A model generated the notes under the pieces. That model worked only from the letters and a program-made list of their open reading frames with translations, was not told where the DNA came from and searched no databases. The position numbers and the translations under genes are program-made. Below, piece after piece: positions 1-10,994 of a stretch of DNA of 64,000 nt. The stretch's first letter is position 1; every line of letters starts with the position of its first letter. Source of the stretch: an uncultured Gammaproteobacteria bacterium (lineage in GTDB: Bacteria > Pseudomonadota > Gammaproteobacteria > JAGOUU01); NCBI GenBank assembly GCA_964387745.1, contig CAYLXL010000001.1:1136-65135 (forward strand), given 5' to 3'.

Positions 1-2044
1 TTAAGTTCGAAACAGTATTCTCTAAATCACCTTTGTATTTTTCGATTAGTTCAGGTAATTGCGTCTTTTCAGTGATTGGGCTAGAAGGATCAGAAGATTT
101 TTCTTGGTGAATTTTAGCTAAGTTTAATACATATGATTTTACTTGTTGAGCTTCACCTGTCGCTGTGTCACGCATTATACCTTTTAAACTTCCAGCACTA
201 TGCTCAACTGCTTTAAAATAGCTGCGAAGTTTACTTACAGTATGAAGGAAAATTTTCTCAGCAATTTGAATTTGTCTCAAGGCACCTAGATCAGACGCAC
301 ATGCAGACTTTTGATATCGATCTGCTGCTGGAATCGGTTCATCAGCTGATGCAATCTCCCAGTTAACTCTATCATCAGATAGATTAATGCTATATGCCAT
401 AACATCACCAACAGCGATTCCAATACGAATATTATATTTTGCGACTTCTGCCCATAAATAGAACGCTATAGAAAATAAAACAGCTCTTGTGGCTCGATTA
501 TGCGGTAGTAATTCATCAAAATTGTCGAGTTCACTAGCCATGATGATAGCCCCATCACCGTTAAATTTAACAGGCTCTACACAAAATTCTTTAGCAATCT
601 CTGTTACTTTTTCAAACACCGGCCTTACTAGTGCTAAAACTTGTTCAGGGGTTTTGCCTGCGAACATAATCGTAGAGTTAATCATATCTAACGAGATTAC
701 AACGGCATTAGTTAATAACTTTGGTTCAAATGAAGCTTTTGAGGGCATGACTTTTAAGCGTAATTTTTCTTCAAACTCTCTACGTAAGATGAATTCACTT
801 TTGTCAACAAAGACACCAATGTAACGATGATCATTACCACAGTTAGGATCATGTAATAAATGCGCAGTGAGCGTCACGGGTATCGGATAACCTTCAGCAT
901 GCCTAGCAACTAAGTCTCTACTTTTTTCTAAAATCCTTGAGTTTTCAGGATTAAACATACCCGCAGTCATAGCTTCTCTTACATAGCTAAGGTAATAATC
1001 ATGGTTTTCACGATGCACCGTATTATGGATTAAAATACTAACATTACGACCCAACAAATTTGCAAAACCAAATAATTTGACAGCACTTATATTTGCTTTA
1101 GTAATTATACCAAACATGTTTATCTCGATGATCGGTGAATAAACAACAGAGTGTGCTATAAATTTATAACTGTAAACATCTGCTTGGTAACGACGTAATA
1201 AACTCATGTCTAATACAAGAGCTGTAAATAGTGTTGGTACACCAAAACTATCAGCTGAAGTCATTAATGAAATTAGTCTCATTGTGATAGGAAAAGTTTC
1301 AAATCGTCCATCTTCTTTTTGCCTAACTGCGATGAGTTCATTTGTCTCGCCACCAATGAAGCGTGAGGCTGGCCTTCTAGAGGTGCTTCGCCATTTGCTT
1401 ACATAATCATTGATTTTGATATCATGTGCCTGTCGAACTGGGCCTTCTGGAATTAGAGTATTAACGTTTCTTTTGCCCAATTCTTCGCGCATAATTCCAA
1501 ACATTGCACATGCCGCATCATTAGCAGCAACAATATTTTTTGAGGTCACATCTACTGTAAAACTAGCGCGAGATTCGTCTAAGCGTAATTGTTCTTCATA
1601 CAGGGCAAGGCGGGCACGCATTAGTTCATGGTCTTCTGGAGGGTCATTTATATCGTCAGTGTCTTTAACAGGTATGCGTTTTAAGGCCGTTGTCAAAGGA
1701 TCTTCCACGGGTTTCGTAGAGCCATCAGACGTTAAAGATGGAGGAGAAGGCTTATGTTTTACAGCTTCTGGAGGTGAATCTAAAGAAGCAGAAGCGGATG
1801 ATGCAATTACTCCAGGTTCAGTTAAACTATCATTGTCAGTGATACTTGCTTTATCTTCAATTAATGTAGTTACTGTCCGAACAGAAGGTGTTGCTCCAAT
1901 ACTAGTGAGTGCTTGTGGAACACTGGGCTGATTAGATACTATCGCGCTTCTTGTACTTCCAGCAATTGTTGGTAGAAAAGAACCCATTACTGGACAAGAT
2001 GATATTTTACTTCCTGGCTTTATTGGCGGATGACTACTTTTCAT
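1..2044 (-). CDS. PAS/PAC-sensor class III adenylate/guanylate cyclase, 3' (C-terminal) end runs off the window
   Basis: My own reverse-strand translation starts at the ATG at 2042-2044 (MKSSHPP...). It gives two PAS-like segments (TVDVTSKNIVAANDAACAMFGIMREELG) followed by a cyclase homology domain (VVISLDMINSTIMFA ... FNGDGAIIMA ... IRIGIAVGDVMA). The frame stays open to position 2, so the gene is not in the ORF track because its stop lies outside the window. Confidence 0.65.
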   Translation of the reverse strand, partial: MKSSHPPIKPGSKISSCPVMGSFLPTIAGSTRSAIVSNQPSVPQALTSIGATPSVRTVTTLIEDKASITDNDSLTEPGVIASSASASLDSPPEAVKHKPSPPSLTSDGSTKPVEDPLTTALKRIPVKDTDDINDPPEDHELMRARLALYEEQLRLDESRASFTVDVTSKNIVAANDAACAMFGIMREELGKRNVNTLIPEGPVRQAHDIKINDYVSKWRSTSRRPASRFIGGETNELIAVRQKEDGRFETFPITMRLISLMTSADSFGVPTLFTALVLDMSLLRRYQADVYSYKFIAHSVVYSPIIEINMFGIITKANISAVKLFGFANLLGRNVSILIHNTVHRENHDYYLSYVREAMTAGMFNPENSRILEKSRDLVARHAEGYPIPVTLTAHLLHDPNCGNDHRYIGVFVDKSEFILRREFEEKLRLKVMPSKASFEPKLLTNAVVISLDMINSTIMFAGKTPEQVLALVRPVFEKVTEIAKEFCVEPVKFNGDGAIIMASELDNFDELLPHNRATRAVLFSIAFYLWAEVAKYNIRIGIAVGDVMAYSINLSDDRVNWEIASADEPIPAADRYQKSACASDLGALRQIQIAEKIFLHTVSKLRSYFKAVEHSAGSLKGIMRDTATGEAQQVKSYVLNLAKIHQEKSSDPSSPITEKTQLPELIEKYKGDLENTVSNL

Positions 2045-2269
2045 AAAAATCTCCCATAACTATAACTCATATTACGCTAAGCTATAATCAATTGTCTTAG
2101 TAACAAAACACATATATAAATCCACCAGTGATTATACATTAATCACCGTATATTAATAGATAAACTGCATAGCATAGACAAGTGGGAAATAAGAAAGAGC
2201 TTTGCGATAAATAATTAGAATAGGATGTTTCTCTATATACACGTCATTTTAAATTCTACATTCTACATT

Positions 2270-2731
2270 CTACAACATCGCCATAATACTTTCCCATTCT
2301 TCAGGCGTTACTGGCATGATAGACAATCTATTACCTTGTCTTAATAGTGGCATATTTTTAAGGTCTTTATTATTTCTCAAATCTTCTAAACTAATTATTT
2401 CAGCAAATTTCTTTTTGAATTTCACATCGACTAAATACCAATAAGGTTTGTCTTTAGTGGCACGAGGGTCGTAATATTTACTCTTAGGATCGAATTGTGT
2501 GTAATCAGGATAAGATGTGCGCACTACTTCAGCTATGCCTACTATGCCTGGTGGCTTGCAATTAGAATGATAAAAAAATATTTGATCTTTTAATTGCATT
2601 TGATCGCGCATCATGTTTCTTGCTTGAAAATTGCGCACGCCGCTCCAGCAATCTGTTTGATTGGGGCAATTTTTCAAATCATCGATACTGAATGTCTCAG
2701 GCTCTGATTTCATTAGCCAATAATTAGTCAT
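2270..2731 (-). CDS. EVE (PUA-like) domain protein
   Basis: 153 aa. MKSEPETFSIDDL ... KPPGIVGIAEV ... YDPRATKDKPYWYLVDV is typical of the EVE/DUF55 family. Confidence 0.7.
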   Translation of the reverse strand: MTNYWLMKSEPETFSIDDLKNCPNQTDCWSGVRNFQARNMMRDQMQLKDQIFFYHSNCKPPGIVGIAEVVRTSYPDYTQFDPKSKYYDPRATKDKPYWYLVDVKFKKKFAEIISLEDLRNNKDLKNMPLLRQGNRLSIMPVTPEEWESIMAML

Positions 2732-2807
2732 AAATTTGTTATAAAATTAAAATAGCAGTATTTGGTTGGATTTATTATAATATTTATTTAAGCAGAATAC
2801 GTCTATT

Positions 2808-3194
2808 ATGTCAGAGTTAAACAATCAATTACAAGATAAGTCTAAGAAACTGAACTTAAGTAATGTTCAAAAGCATATATTCATTTGTTGTGATCAAACT
2901 AAACCAAGCACGAGCTCGCGTTGTTGTCAGCAAGAAGCTGGCCTAGCTTCTTGGGAGTATCTTAAAGATAGATTAAATGAATTAAATCTAACAGCAGAGC
3001 ATGGTATCCATCGTACCAAAGCTAATTGTCTTAGAATATGTACAAGTGGACCGATAGCCGTCGTTTATCCAGAAGGCGTTTGGTATCATAGTTGTACGCC
3101 AGAAGTGTTAGAAGTTATTATTCAAGAACATCTAATTAATGGTAAAATAGTAGAGCAGTATTTATTGGCGCAGCCTGATAAATGTAATTTCTAA
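2808..3194 (+). CDS. thioredoxin-like [2Fe-2S] ferredoxin family protein
   Basis: 128 aa with a Cys pattern CCDQ...CC...C...C and a C-terminal region resembling the NuoE-like 2Fe-2S ferredoxin fold. Confidence 0.5.
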   Translation: MSELNNQLQDKSKKLNLSNVQKHIFICCDQTKPSTSSRCCQQEAGLASWEYLKDRLNELNLTAEHGIHRTKANCLRICTSGPIAVVYPEGVWYHSCTPEVLEVIIQEHLINGKIVEQYLLAQPDKCNF

Positions 3195-3219
3195 GATATA
3201 TTATATATAAGGAGCTAGT

Positions 3220-3882
3220 ATGACTTATTCCCAGGATGACTTGAAGCGTCAATTAGCTAAGTATGTTATGAAATATGTTAAGGACCACAGTATCATAGGT
3301 GTTGGTACTGGTTCTACGGTTAATTTTTTTATTGAAGAGTTAGCTAAAGTTAAGTCTAGTATCGAGGTAACCGTTTCTAGCTCCAAAGCAACTACAGAGC
3401 TACTTAAAAAACATGGTTTACCGGTTAGAGATTTAAATCATGTTCCTATTTTACCTATATATATAGATGGTGCAGATGAAGCCTTAAAGTATGGCCAGTT
3501 GGTCAAAGGGCGAGGGGGCGCGCTTTTACATGAGAAAATTTTAGCTGCAAGTGCTCAACAATTTATTTGTATGATAGATGAAAGTAAGCTAGCCCAAAGA
3601 TTAGGTAATGTGCCGGTTCCTGTCGAAGTCATACCTTCAGCGCGAAGCTTAGCTGGCCGACAATTAGCGGCTTTAGGTGGCGATCCTGTTTACCGCGAAC
3701 ATTACGTTACTGACGGAGGTAATATTATTCTTGATGTCGAACGATTGAATCTTGCTAATCCAATTGAAATGGAAGAAAAAATAAACCATATACCCGGGGT
3801 GGTTTGTGCAGGAATTTTCGCTAGGAATCTTGCTGATATATTAGTTGTAGCTGGGCAGAGCGGTATTCGTGAGTACCCATGA
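3220..3882 (+). CDS. rpiA: ribose-5-phosphate isomerase A
   Basis: 220 aa. GVGTGSTVNFFIEEL, IDGADE and KGRGGALLHEK are RpiA hallmarks. Confidence 0.9.
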   Translation: MTYSQDDLKRQLAKYVMKYVKDHSIIGVGTGSTVNFFIEELAKVKSSIEVTVSSSKATTELLKKHGLPVRDLNHVPILPIYIDGADEALKYGQLVKGRGGALLHEKILAASAQQFICMIDESKLAQRLGNVPVPVEVIPSARSLAGRQLAALGGDPVYREHYVTDGGNIILDVERLNLANPIEMEEKINHIPGVVCAGIFARNLADILVVAGQSGIREYP

Positions 3883-3989
3883 TTTTAAGTTTAATTTTAG
3901 TTTGTAGACTTAAAGTTTTAAATATATAGATAACATAGTATACTACTTGTCTACAGCCGTATTTCTCAACCCTATGAGACAATTTTACT

Positions 3990-5240
3990 ATGAAACAAGA
4001 AGATAAACAAAGAGCTTTGGATTATCACTCGCAACCCTTTCCTGGTAAGACAGCAATCAGTATAACCAAGCTTACAGAAACCCAAAATGATTTATCTTTA
4101 GCTTATACTCCAGGAGTTGCTGAGCCGGTACGAGCTATCGCTAACAATAGCGCTGCAGCATATGATTATACTAATAAAGGTAATCTTGTCGCTGTTATCT
4201 CCAATGGTACAGCAGTATTAGGTTTAGGTAATGTTGGTGCGATTGCTAGTAAACCAGTCATGGAAGGTAAGGCAGTATTATTTAAAAAATTTGCTGATAT
4301 AGATGTTTTTGATTTAGAAATAAACTGTAAGTCACCAGAAGATCTTATTAATACGATTGCAAATATAGCACCTACTTTTGGTGGAATTAATTTAGAAGAT
4401 ATTAAAGCACCAGAGTGCTTTGTTATTGAACAAGCGTTAATTGACAAATTAGATATCCCTGTGTTTCATGATGATCAACATGGCACGGCTGTTATAGTAG
4501 CAGCTGGTTTATTAAATGCATTAGAGCTCGTTAAGAAAGATATAAGCTCAGTAAGAATTGTCTGTTTAGGTGCAGGTGCAGCTGGGATTGCTTCGATGCG
4601 GTTATTGATTGCATTAGGCGCTAAAAAAGAAAATATTTTTATGATAGATTCACAAGGTGTGATCAACACCAGTCGTCATGATCTTAACTCTTATAAATTT
4701 GCTTTTGCTAATGATAATACCAAGTGTAATACATTAGGGGGTGCGTTAGAAAACGCCGATGTGTTTATTGGTGTTTCAGGCGCAAATTTATTACCAGCAG
4801 AATATTTACATTTGATGAATAGAGATCCGATTGTATTTGCTTTATCCAATCCAGATCCTGAAATTAATCCACAATTAGCGATAAAGACACGTGAAGATAT
4901 TATTATGGCCACGGGTAGAAGTGACTACCCTAATCAAGTAAATAATGTACTTGGATTTCCCTATATATTTAGAGGGGCTTTAGATGTGCATGCAAGCTGT
5001 ATCAATCAGGATATGCTTATTGCTGCTGTACATGCGATTCGTTTCTTAGCAAAAGAAGCTGTACCAAAAGAGGTTATAGCTTTATATGAAGGCGTCTCAA
5101 ACTTAGAGTTTGGTCGTGGTTATATTATTCCAAAGCCATTTGATCCGCGTTTAAAAATGCGTGTAGCCTCAGCCGTAGCTAAAGCAGCCATTGCAACAGG
5201 GGTGGCTCGTAAAAATTACCCAAGCCATTATTCAAATTAA
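3990..5240 (+). CDS. NAD(P)-dependent malic enzyme (short form)
   Basis: 416 aa. N-terminus DYHSQPFPGKTAISITK..AYTPGVAEP and the Rossmann GAGAAGIA motif are typical of malate dehydrogenase (oxaloacetate-decarboxylating). Confidence 0.85.
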   Translation: MKQEDKQRALDYHSQPFPGKTAISITKLTETQNDLSLAYTPGVAEPVRAIANNSAAAYDYTNKGNLVAVISNGTAVLGLGNVGAIASKPVMEGKAVLFKKFADIDVFDLEINCKSPEDLINTIANIAPTFGGINLEDIKAPECFVIEQALIDKLDIPVFHDDQHGTAVIVAAGLLNALELVKKDISSVRIVCLGAGAAGIASMRLLIALGAKKENIFMIDSQGVINTSRHDLNSYKFAFANDNTKCNTLGGALENADVFIGVSGANLLPAEYLHLMNRDPIVFALSNPDPEINPQLAIKTREDIIMATGRSDYPNQVNNVLGFPYIFRGALDVHASCINQDMLIAAVHAIRFLAKEAVPKEVIALYEGVSNLEFGRGYIIPKPFDPRLKMRVASAVAKAAIATGVARKNYPSHYSN

Positions 5241-5273
5241 TTTTAATTAGATAAAAGAAGTAGGATGTAAAAT

Positions 5274-6254
5274 ATGAAACAACCAGTTCGTGTAGTAGTC
5301 ACCGGTGCTGCTGGCCAGATCGCTTATAATTTATTGTTCCGTATCGCCTCAGGCGAAATGTTAGGAATGGATCAACCAATTATTCTGCATTTATTAGAAA
5401 TTACTCCTGCTTTAAAGGCATTAGAAGGCACCGTAATGGAGTTACAAGATTGTGCTTACCCATTATTAATGGATATAGTTGCTACAGATAAACCAGAAGT
5501 TGCATTTAAAGATGCAGAGTTTGCTTTATTAGTAGGTGCTAGACCTCGTTCAAAAGGCATGGAGCGTGCTGATCTCTTAGCTGCGAATGCTGAGATTTTC
5601 AGTGTACAGGGTAAGGCTATTAATAATTATGCCAAGAAAAATATTAAAGTTTTAGTTGTTGGTAACCCAGCCAATACAAATGCTTTAATTACTGCAGAGA
5701 ATGCACCTGATATTAATCCAAGACAGATTCATGCGATGATGCGTTTGGATCATAATCGTGCGATTGCGCAGTTAGCTAAACACTTCAAAGCAGCCGTAAG
5801 CGATGTCACTAAAGTCACTATTTGGGGTAATCACTCAGCATTACAATATCCTGATGCTTTTTATACAGAAATTAAAGGTAAGAATATAGCAGACCAATTA
5901 GATCAAACTTGGTTAAATAATGATTTTATCCCAACGGTACAGAAACGCGGTGCTGCTGTTATTGAAGCACGCGGTTTATCAAGCGCTGCAAGTGCTGCTA
6001 ATGCTGCTATTGATCACATGCGTGACTGGGTTATGGGCACAGATAGCAAAGACTGGGTAAGCATGGGCGTGCCAAGTGATGGCAGTTATGGTGTTAAGCC
6101 AGGTGTGGTATTTGGTTATCCTTGTCGTTGCGTCAATGGTGATTATGAAATCGTGCAAGGCTTAGAAATTAATGCGTTCGGTAAAGCTAAATTTGATACG
6201 GTTTATCAAGAATTATTAGAAGAACGCAAAGCTGTTGAGCATTTGTTTGCTTAA
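5274..6254 (+). CDS. mdh: malate dehydrogenase (LDH-like cytoplasmic type)
   Basis: 326 aa. [25 protein letters not shown] at the N-terminus and an IWGNHS active-site region. Confidence 0.9.
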   Translation: MKQPVRVVVTGAAGQIAYNLLFRIASGEMLGMDQPIILHLLEITPALKALEGTVMELQDCAYPLLMDIVATDKPEVAFKDAEFALLVGARPRSKGMERADLLAANAEIFSVQGKAINNYAKKNIKVLVVGNPANTNALITAENAPDINPRQIHAMMRLDHNRAIAQLAKHFKAAVSDVTKVTIWGNHSALQYPDAFYTEIKGKNIADQLDQTWLNNDFIPTVQKRGAAVIEARGLSSAASAANAAIDHMRDWVMGTDSKDWVSMGVPSDGSYGVKPGVVFGYPCRCVNGDYEIVQGLEINAFGKAKFDTVYQELLEERKAVEHLFA

Positions 6255-6276
6255 TAATGCAATTCAGATCTAATGT

Positions 6277-6301
6277 AGGGGCGAACGGCGTTCGCCTTTT
6301 T
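6277..6301. terminator. rho-independent terminator (bidirectional position between mdh and the convergent repressor gene)
   Basis: aggggcgaacggcgttcgcc hairpin followed by a ttttt run. Confidence 0.6.
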
Positions 6302-6989
6302 AAGAATACTGCAATCTTGACTCTACTACCACACCCAAAATTTTAATATTATCCAAACAATCATTTAATAATATATATTCTGCAAACCCTGGCTCTATAG
6401 GCTTGATATAACATCTATTTTGATCATCAATCGAAATAATTCTTAAAAAATATTGTTTAATTTTATTGTTATAAATCAAGACTAAATCATCGTGTTTGTA
6501 TTCACGTTTAGGATCAACGATGATCAAACAGTTCTGCAAAATAGGGCTATTAGTTGCATCAGCAGAATCAATTTTATAATCTGTTGCAAACACAAAATCA
6601 GAAACTTCTGTATCACAAACAATCCATTGTTCTATGGGCTTGGTAATAATTTTATTATCAAGCCAGCTGAAGATATCTGTTTTTGATAAAACAGGGACTT
6701 TTTTAATATTTGAAATATTGGTATCTAAAGGGCTGTAGCCTAACAATTGATCAATAGTTACATTAAAGAAGTCAGCTATCGGTCTTAAGGTACTAATAGT
6801 CGGATTAGACTCTGGATTATTTTTGATTCTAGATAAGCTAGCTAAAGATATCTGGCAAGCTTCTGCTAACGTGGACTCATCTATCTTAAGTGCTTCCATT
6901 AGCTGTATGATGACTGATCCAATTTGATGTTTAGAGTTATTAACAAAGCTTTTTTTATTGACGACAGAGGTATTGGAGCTAATATTCAT
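6300..6989 (-). CDS. XRE-family HTH plus S24 (LexA/CI-like) peptidase-domain repressor
   Basis: 229 aa. N-terminal HTH (LAEACQISLASLSRIKNN) and a C-terminal S24-like region (LVLIYNNKIKQYFLRIISIDDQNRCYIKPIE). Confidence 0.6.
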   Translation of the reverse strand: MNISSNTSVVNKKSFVNNSKHQIGSVIIQLMEALKIDESTLAEACQISLASLSRIKNNPESNPTISTLRPIADFFNVTIDQLLGYSPLDTNISNIKKVPVLSKTDIFSWLDNKIITKPIEQWIVCDTEVSDFVFATDYKIDSADATNSPILQNCLIIVDPKREYKHDDLVLIYNNKIKQYFLRIISIDDQNRCYIKPIEPGFAEYILLNDCLDNIKILGVVVESRLQYS

Positions 6990-7155
6990 GACTATATTTT
7001 ATATAAAATTTTTTTATAAAATATTCTAAATATATTTGGCCTATAATGCAATTATAACATTACACGAAAGTGAGTTTATATCGCGGTAATATATTTGATA
7101 AAATAAAGACTATATATTTATACTTATAATTCAAATTAAAAATTTTAGGGACCTT

Positions 7156-7494
7156 ATGTTATATCTAGCTATTAGTTCTTTTGTCTTAGCGGCTATTTTA
7201 GGTGTTATTCTGCTTATGCATCTATTCCAGAACAAAACTTCATCGACTTATGTTATCTTATTGCACGGAGTATTTGCAGTTTTAGGTATTTTATTCGTTA
7301 TAGGCCACACTCTGGAGAATAATCTAAATGATCCATGGCTTATTTTAAGCATGCTTATTTTAGCCGCATTAGGTGGAATAGCCTTATTCACAATGAAGTT
7401 AAAGAAAAAAACTATTCCAAAAGCTATGGCATTAGTTCATCCTTTGATAGCCGGGATTGCAGTATTAGGGTTGATTATATACCTGCTAGATTGA
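7156..7494 (+). CDS. small hydrophobic membrane protein (about 3 TM)
   Basis: 112 aa, strongly hydrophobic, no recognisable family. Confidence 0.4.
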   Translation: MLYLAISSFVLAAILGVILLMHLFQNKTSSTYVILLHGVFAVLGILFVIGHTLENNLNDPWLILSMLILAALGGIALFTMKLKKKTIPKAMALVHPLIAGIAVLGLIIYLLD

Positions 7495-7511
7495 TAATTA
7501 TTCATTGATTA

Positions 7512-8549
7512 TTATAAGAGATCGGCTGCAAATTTTTTAAGAGCTTTTTGGGTAGCCGTAGAAAAGTTACTATCGTTAGTTATAGTTAGTGCTTGTAGAT
7601 TTCTTTGCCAAGGGAAGGTTTTCTGAAATTTTTTATAGGTGATCGATAAAATATAATTTGATATTTTATATTTAGTAATACTGGTTTTAAATGAATTTAA
7701 ATGTTCATGAGGAAAATCAAAAGCAGGGTATTGCTTAATGTTATCGCTACTTTTTACAATAAAAGTAGGGCATTCCCATTGGCCAGCCAACCATTCGCCA
7801 TCTGTTTTTTGGTAACTTAATAAACTATTATTTTCTATAATTAGCACTCGCAGTAAAGACAGTTCATGAGTTATTTTTTGTTCTTTTTTAACTACAGGTC
7901 TAATTAGAGGATTGTCTTTACTTTTACAACCCATAGATAAAGGGCATAATTTGCACTGGGTTTTTGTGGTTGTACACAATTCTCTCCCAAGGTCCATCAA
8001 GGCTTCATTAAGTGCACGAAATGATAAGTTGTTGTTAAATATTTTTTCATTATTAAATAAATCTAAAATGGTTTTTTTTAGAATAGAGCCTTTTGTCACA
8101 TCTAAACCATAATAACGAGCGATAACACGCTCAAGATTAGTATCAATAGCAAGAGCTTTTTGATCAGCACCTATAGCTAGGATGGCACTGGCTGTGTAAT
8201 CACCGATGCCTGGAATAGTTAAAAGTAGGTTGTAGTCAGTTGGTATTTGCCCCCGAAGATGATGATGAGCATTAATATATCGAGCTGCAGCTAATAAGTT
8301 TTTGGCGCGTCGGTAATAACCAAGTCCTTTCCAGGCGACGAGAATGTCTTCTTCAGTTGCTTTTGCAAGTGTAGTGATGTCAGGGTAATGATTTAAAAAA
8401 ATTTGGAATTTATTTAATACAGTAGCTACTGTAGTTTGTTGTAGCATAATCTCAGAAACTAACGTTCCGTAAAGACTGCGGTTTTGTCGCCATGGTAAAA
8501 AATTAAATTGTTCTGACCAAATAAGCAGATTATCGAAATCTTGTTGCAT
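7512..8549 (-). CDS. mutY: A/G-specific adenine DNA glycosylase
   Basis: 345 aa. LVSEIMLQQTTVATV, GLGYYRRAKNL and LPGIGDYTASAI helix-hairpin-helix motifs, plus a C-terminal Cys cluster. Confidence 0.85.
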   Translation of the reverse strand: MQQDFDNLLIWSEQFNFLPWRQNRSLYGTLVSEIMLQQTTVATVLNKFQIFLNHYPDITTLAKATEEDILVAWKGLGYYRRAKNLLAAARYINAHHHLRGQIPTDYNLLLTIPGIGDYTASAILAIGADQKALAIDTNLERVIARYYGLDVTKGSILKKTILDLFNNEKIFNNNLSFRALNEALMDLGRELCTTTKTQCKLCPLSMGCKSKDNPLIRPVVKKEQKITHELSLLRVLIIENNSLLSYQKTDGEWLAGQWECPTFIVKSSDNIKQYPAFDFPHEHLNSFKTSITKYKISNYILSITYKKFQKTFPWQRNLQALTITNDSNFSTATQKALKKFAADLL

Positions 8550-8675
8550 TATATAAGTGATTTATCTAGTTTTATGAATATTATAGCAGATAGTAACTTA
8601 AAACTAGGTGACAATTAAAAAGAAAATTGTCACTATAGAACAATAATAAAACCATATTAACTCAGATTAATAATT

Positions 8676-10985
8676 TTGACATCAGGGACGTGCTCAATGA
8701 ATTTGAAACCATATAATATTAAATTATTTAAATTAGGTTTGATCAGTTGTTTAATACTGCCTTCAGTAATTATTGCTAAACCTTCAATTAGCAGCAAAGA
8801 TAAGGATAACGAGAAGAATTTTGAACGCAGTCAAATGCAGATTAAAACTAATCAATTTTGGTGGCCACAACAATTAGACTTGTCTCCTTTACGTAAAGAT
8901 GATAGGCGCAATAATCCTTTAGGCGATGATTTTAATTATGCAAAAGCATTTAAACAATTAGATCTTACAGCAGTCAAAAAAGATATTAATAATTTATTAA
9001 CTTCATCACAAGATTGGTGGCCAGCAGATTGGGGAAATTACGGACCATTTTTTATTCGTATGGCATGGCATGGGGCTGGTACTTATAGAGCTGTTGATGG
9101 TCGTGGTGGTGGTGATGGAGGGCAAATGCGTTTTGATCCTTTAAATAGCTGGCCTGATAACACGAGTCTTGATAAAGCTCGTCGATTGTTATGGCCAGTT
9201 AAACAAAAATATGGTCGTAATATTTCTTGGGGTGATTTAATTGCTTTAACTGGTAACGTTGCGCTTGAGAATATGGGATTTGAAACTTATGGTTTTGCTG
9301 GTGGTCGTAATGATGATTGGCAACCGGAAATGGTTTATTGGGGTCCTGAAGTAAATATGCTCGGCAGTAAGCGTCATGATAAAAATGATAAATTGCAATC
9401 GCCATTGGGTGCTACACATATGGGATTAATATATGTTAATCCAGAAGGACCATTAGGTAAACCAGATCCTAAAGGCGCAGCAAAACACATACGAGAAGCA
9501 TTTGGTCGTATGGCGATGAATGACGAAGAAACGGTAGCTTTGATAGCTGGTGGTCATACTTTTGGTAAAACTCATGGAGCACATAAACCAAAAGATTGTT
9601 TAGGGCCAGAGCCTGCAGCTGCAGCAATAGAGCGTCAAGGATTAGGTTGGGAAAATAAATGTGGCAAGGGTCATTCAGAAGATACTATCACAAGTGGACT
9701 TGAAGGAGCTTGGACGCAACAACCGATAAGGTTCACGAGTTTATATTTTAGTAATTTACTAAATAATGAGTGGAAGTTGTCTAAAAGCCCAGGGGGTGCT
9801 TTTCAATGGATACCTAAAGATGAAAAATTACACACAACAGTTCCTGATGCTCATATAAAAGACAAATTTAATAGCCCTGTAATGTTAACTACAGATTTAG
9901 CACTAAAAGAAGATCCGGAGTATTTTAAAATTTCAAAAAGATTTTTAGATAATCCAGATGAATTCAAACAAGCTTTTGCTAAAGCGTGGTTTAAATTAAT
10001 ACATCGTGATATGGGACCAAGTAGCCGTTACTTGGGAGCAGAAGTTCCTAGAGAAGATTTGATATGGCAAGATCCGTTACCAAAGATTGATTATACGTTA
10101 ATTAATGATGACGATGCAGCGGCTCTTAAAAAAGATATTCTAGCATCAGGCTTGACTGTTCCAGAACTAGTTCGTACTGCTTGGGCTTCGGCTTCTAGCT
10201 TTCGTCAATCTGATATGAGGGGAGGTGCTAATGGTGCAAGATTGCGTTTATTACCTCAGAAAGATTGGGTAGTTAATAATCCTAAAGAACTAGAAAAAGT
10301 TTTAGATAAGCTTGAGAAAATACAAAAAGAATTTAATGATTCAGCCTCAAGCTCAAAAAAAGTATCAATGGCTGATTTGATAATACTTGCGGGTAACGCA
10401 GGTATAGAGAAGGCAGCTAAAGATGCTGGAACAGATATCACTGTGCCATTTAATCCAGGCAGAGCAGATGCTTTACAAGAACAAACAGATATTGAGTCTT
10501 TTGCATTGTTAGAGCCAAAAGCCGATGCGTTTCGCAATTATTATAATAAAAAAGAAAATCTAGTTTCTGCTTTAGATATGATGGTTGATAAAGCAAATCA
10601 ATTAAATTTAACTGTTCCTGAAATGACTGTACTGATAGGTGGTATGCGAGTTATAGGTGCTAATGCTGAAGACAATAAACATGGCATTTTAACAGATAAG
10701 CCAGGTACTTTGTCTAATGATTATTTTGTTAATTTGTTGGATATGTCAACCAGATGGACAAAATCTAAAGATGACATTATTTACGAAGGCATCGATAGAA
10801 AAACTGGTATGGCTAAATATACTGCAACGGATGTAGATTTAATTTTTGGTGCACATCCAGAATTACGTGCAGTAGCAGAAGTATATGCATTTAATGATGC
10901 TAAACCGACTTTTGTTGATGCTTTTGTCAAAGCATGGACTAAAGTTATGCAAGCAGATCGCTTTGATCTACAAAATGAGAGTTAA
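8676..10985 (+). CDS. katG: catalase-peroxidase with an N-terminal signal-peptide-like leader
   Basis: 769 aa. [13 protein letters not shown] and [17 protein letters not shown] are KatG haem-site motifs. The N-terminus [21 protein letters not shown] looks like a Sec signal peptide, and an internal Met at MNLKP is a possible true start. Confidence 0.9.
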   Translation: MTSGTCSMNLKPYNIKLFKLGLISCLILPSVIIAKPSISSKDKDNEKNFERSQMQIKTNQFWWPQQLDLSPLRKDDRRNNPLGDDFNYAKAFKQLDLTAVKKDINNLLTSSQDWWPADWGNYGPFFIRMAWHGAGTYRAVDGRGGGDGGQMRFDPLNSWPDNTSLDKARRLLWPVKQKYGRNISWGDLIALTGNVALENMGFETYGFAGGRNDDWQPEMVYWGPEVNMLGSKRHDKNDKLQSPLGATHMGLIYVNPEGPLGKPDPKGAAKHIREAFGRMAMNDEETVALIAGGHTFGKTHGAHKPKDCLGPEPAAAAIERQGLGWENKCGKGHSEDTITSGLEGAWTQQPIRFTSLYFSNLLNNEWKLSKSPGGAFQWIPKDEKLHTTVPDAHIKDKFNSPVMLTTDLALKEDPEYFKISKRFLDNPDEFKQAFAKAWFKLIHRDMGPSSRYLGAEVPREDLIWQDPLPKIDYTLINDDDAAALKKDILASGLTVPELVRTAWASASSFRQSDMRGGANGARLRLLPQKDWVVNNPKELEKVLDKLEKIQKEFNDSASSSKKVSMADLIILAGNAGIEKAAKDAGTDITVPFNPGRADALQEQTDIESFALLEPKADAFRNYYNKKENLVSALDMMVDKANQLNLTVPEMTVLIGGMRVIGANAEDNKHGILTDKPGTLSNDYFVNLLDMSTRWTKSKDDIIYEGIDRKTGMAKYTATDVDLIFGAHPELRAVAEVYAFNDAKPTFVDAFVKAWTKVMQADRFDLQNES

Positions 10986-10994
10986 GCTAAAATT

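Noticed and set aside
2251-2275. Triple heptamer attctac attctac attctac at the 3' end of the EVE gene
   Set aside because: It overlaps the last codons and stop of the gene. Probably chance or slippage, with no clear regulatory context.
4166-4912. Three minus-strand ORFs (4166..4447, 4475..4669, 4691..4912) inside the malic enzyme gene
   Set aside because: Antisense ORFs inside a well-supported conserved CDS. They have low-complexity translations.
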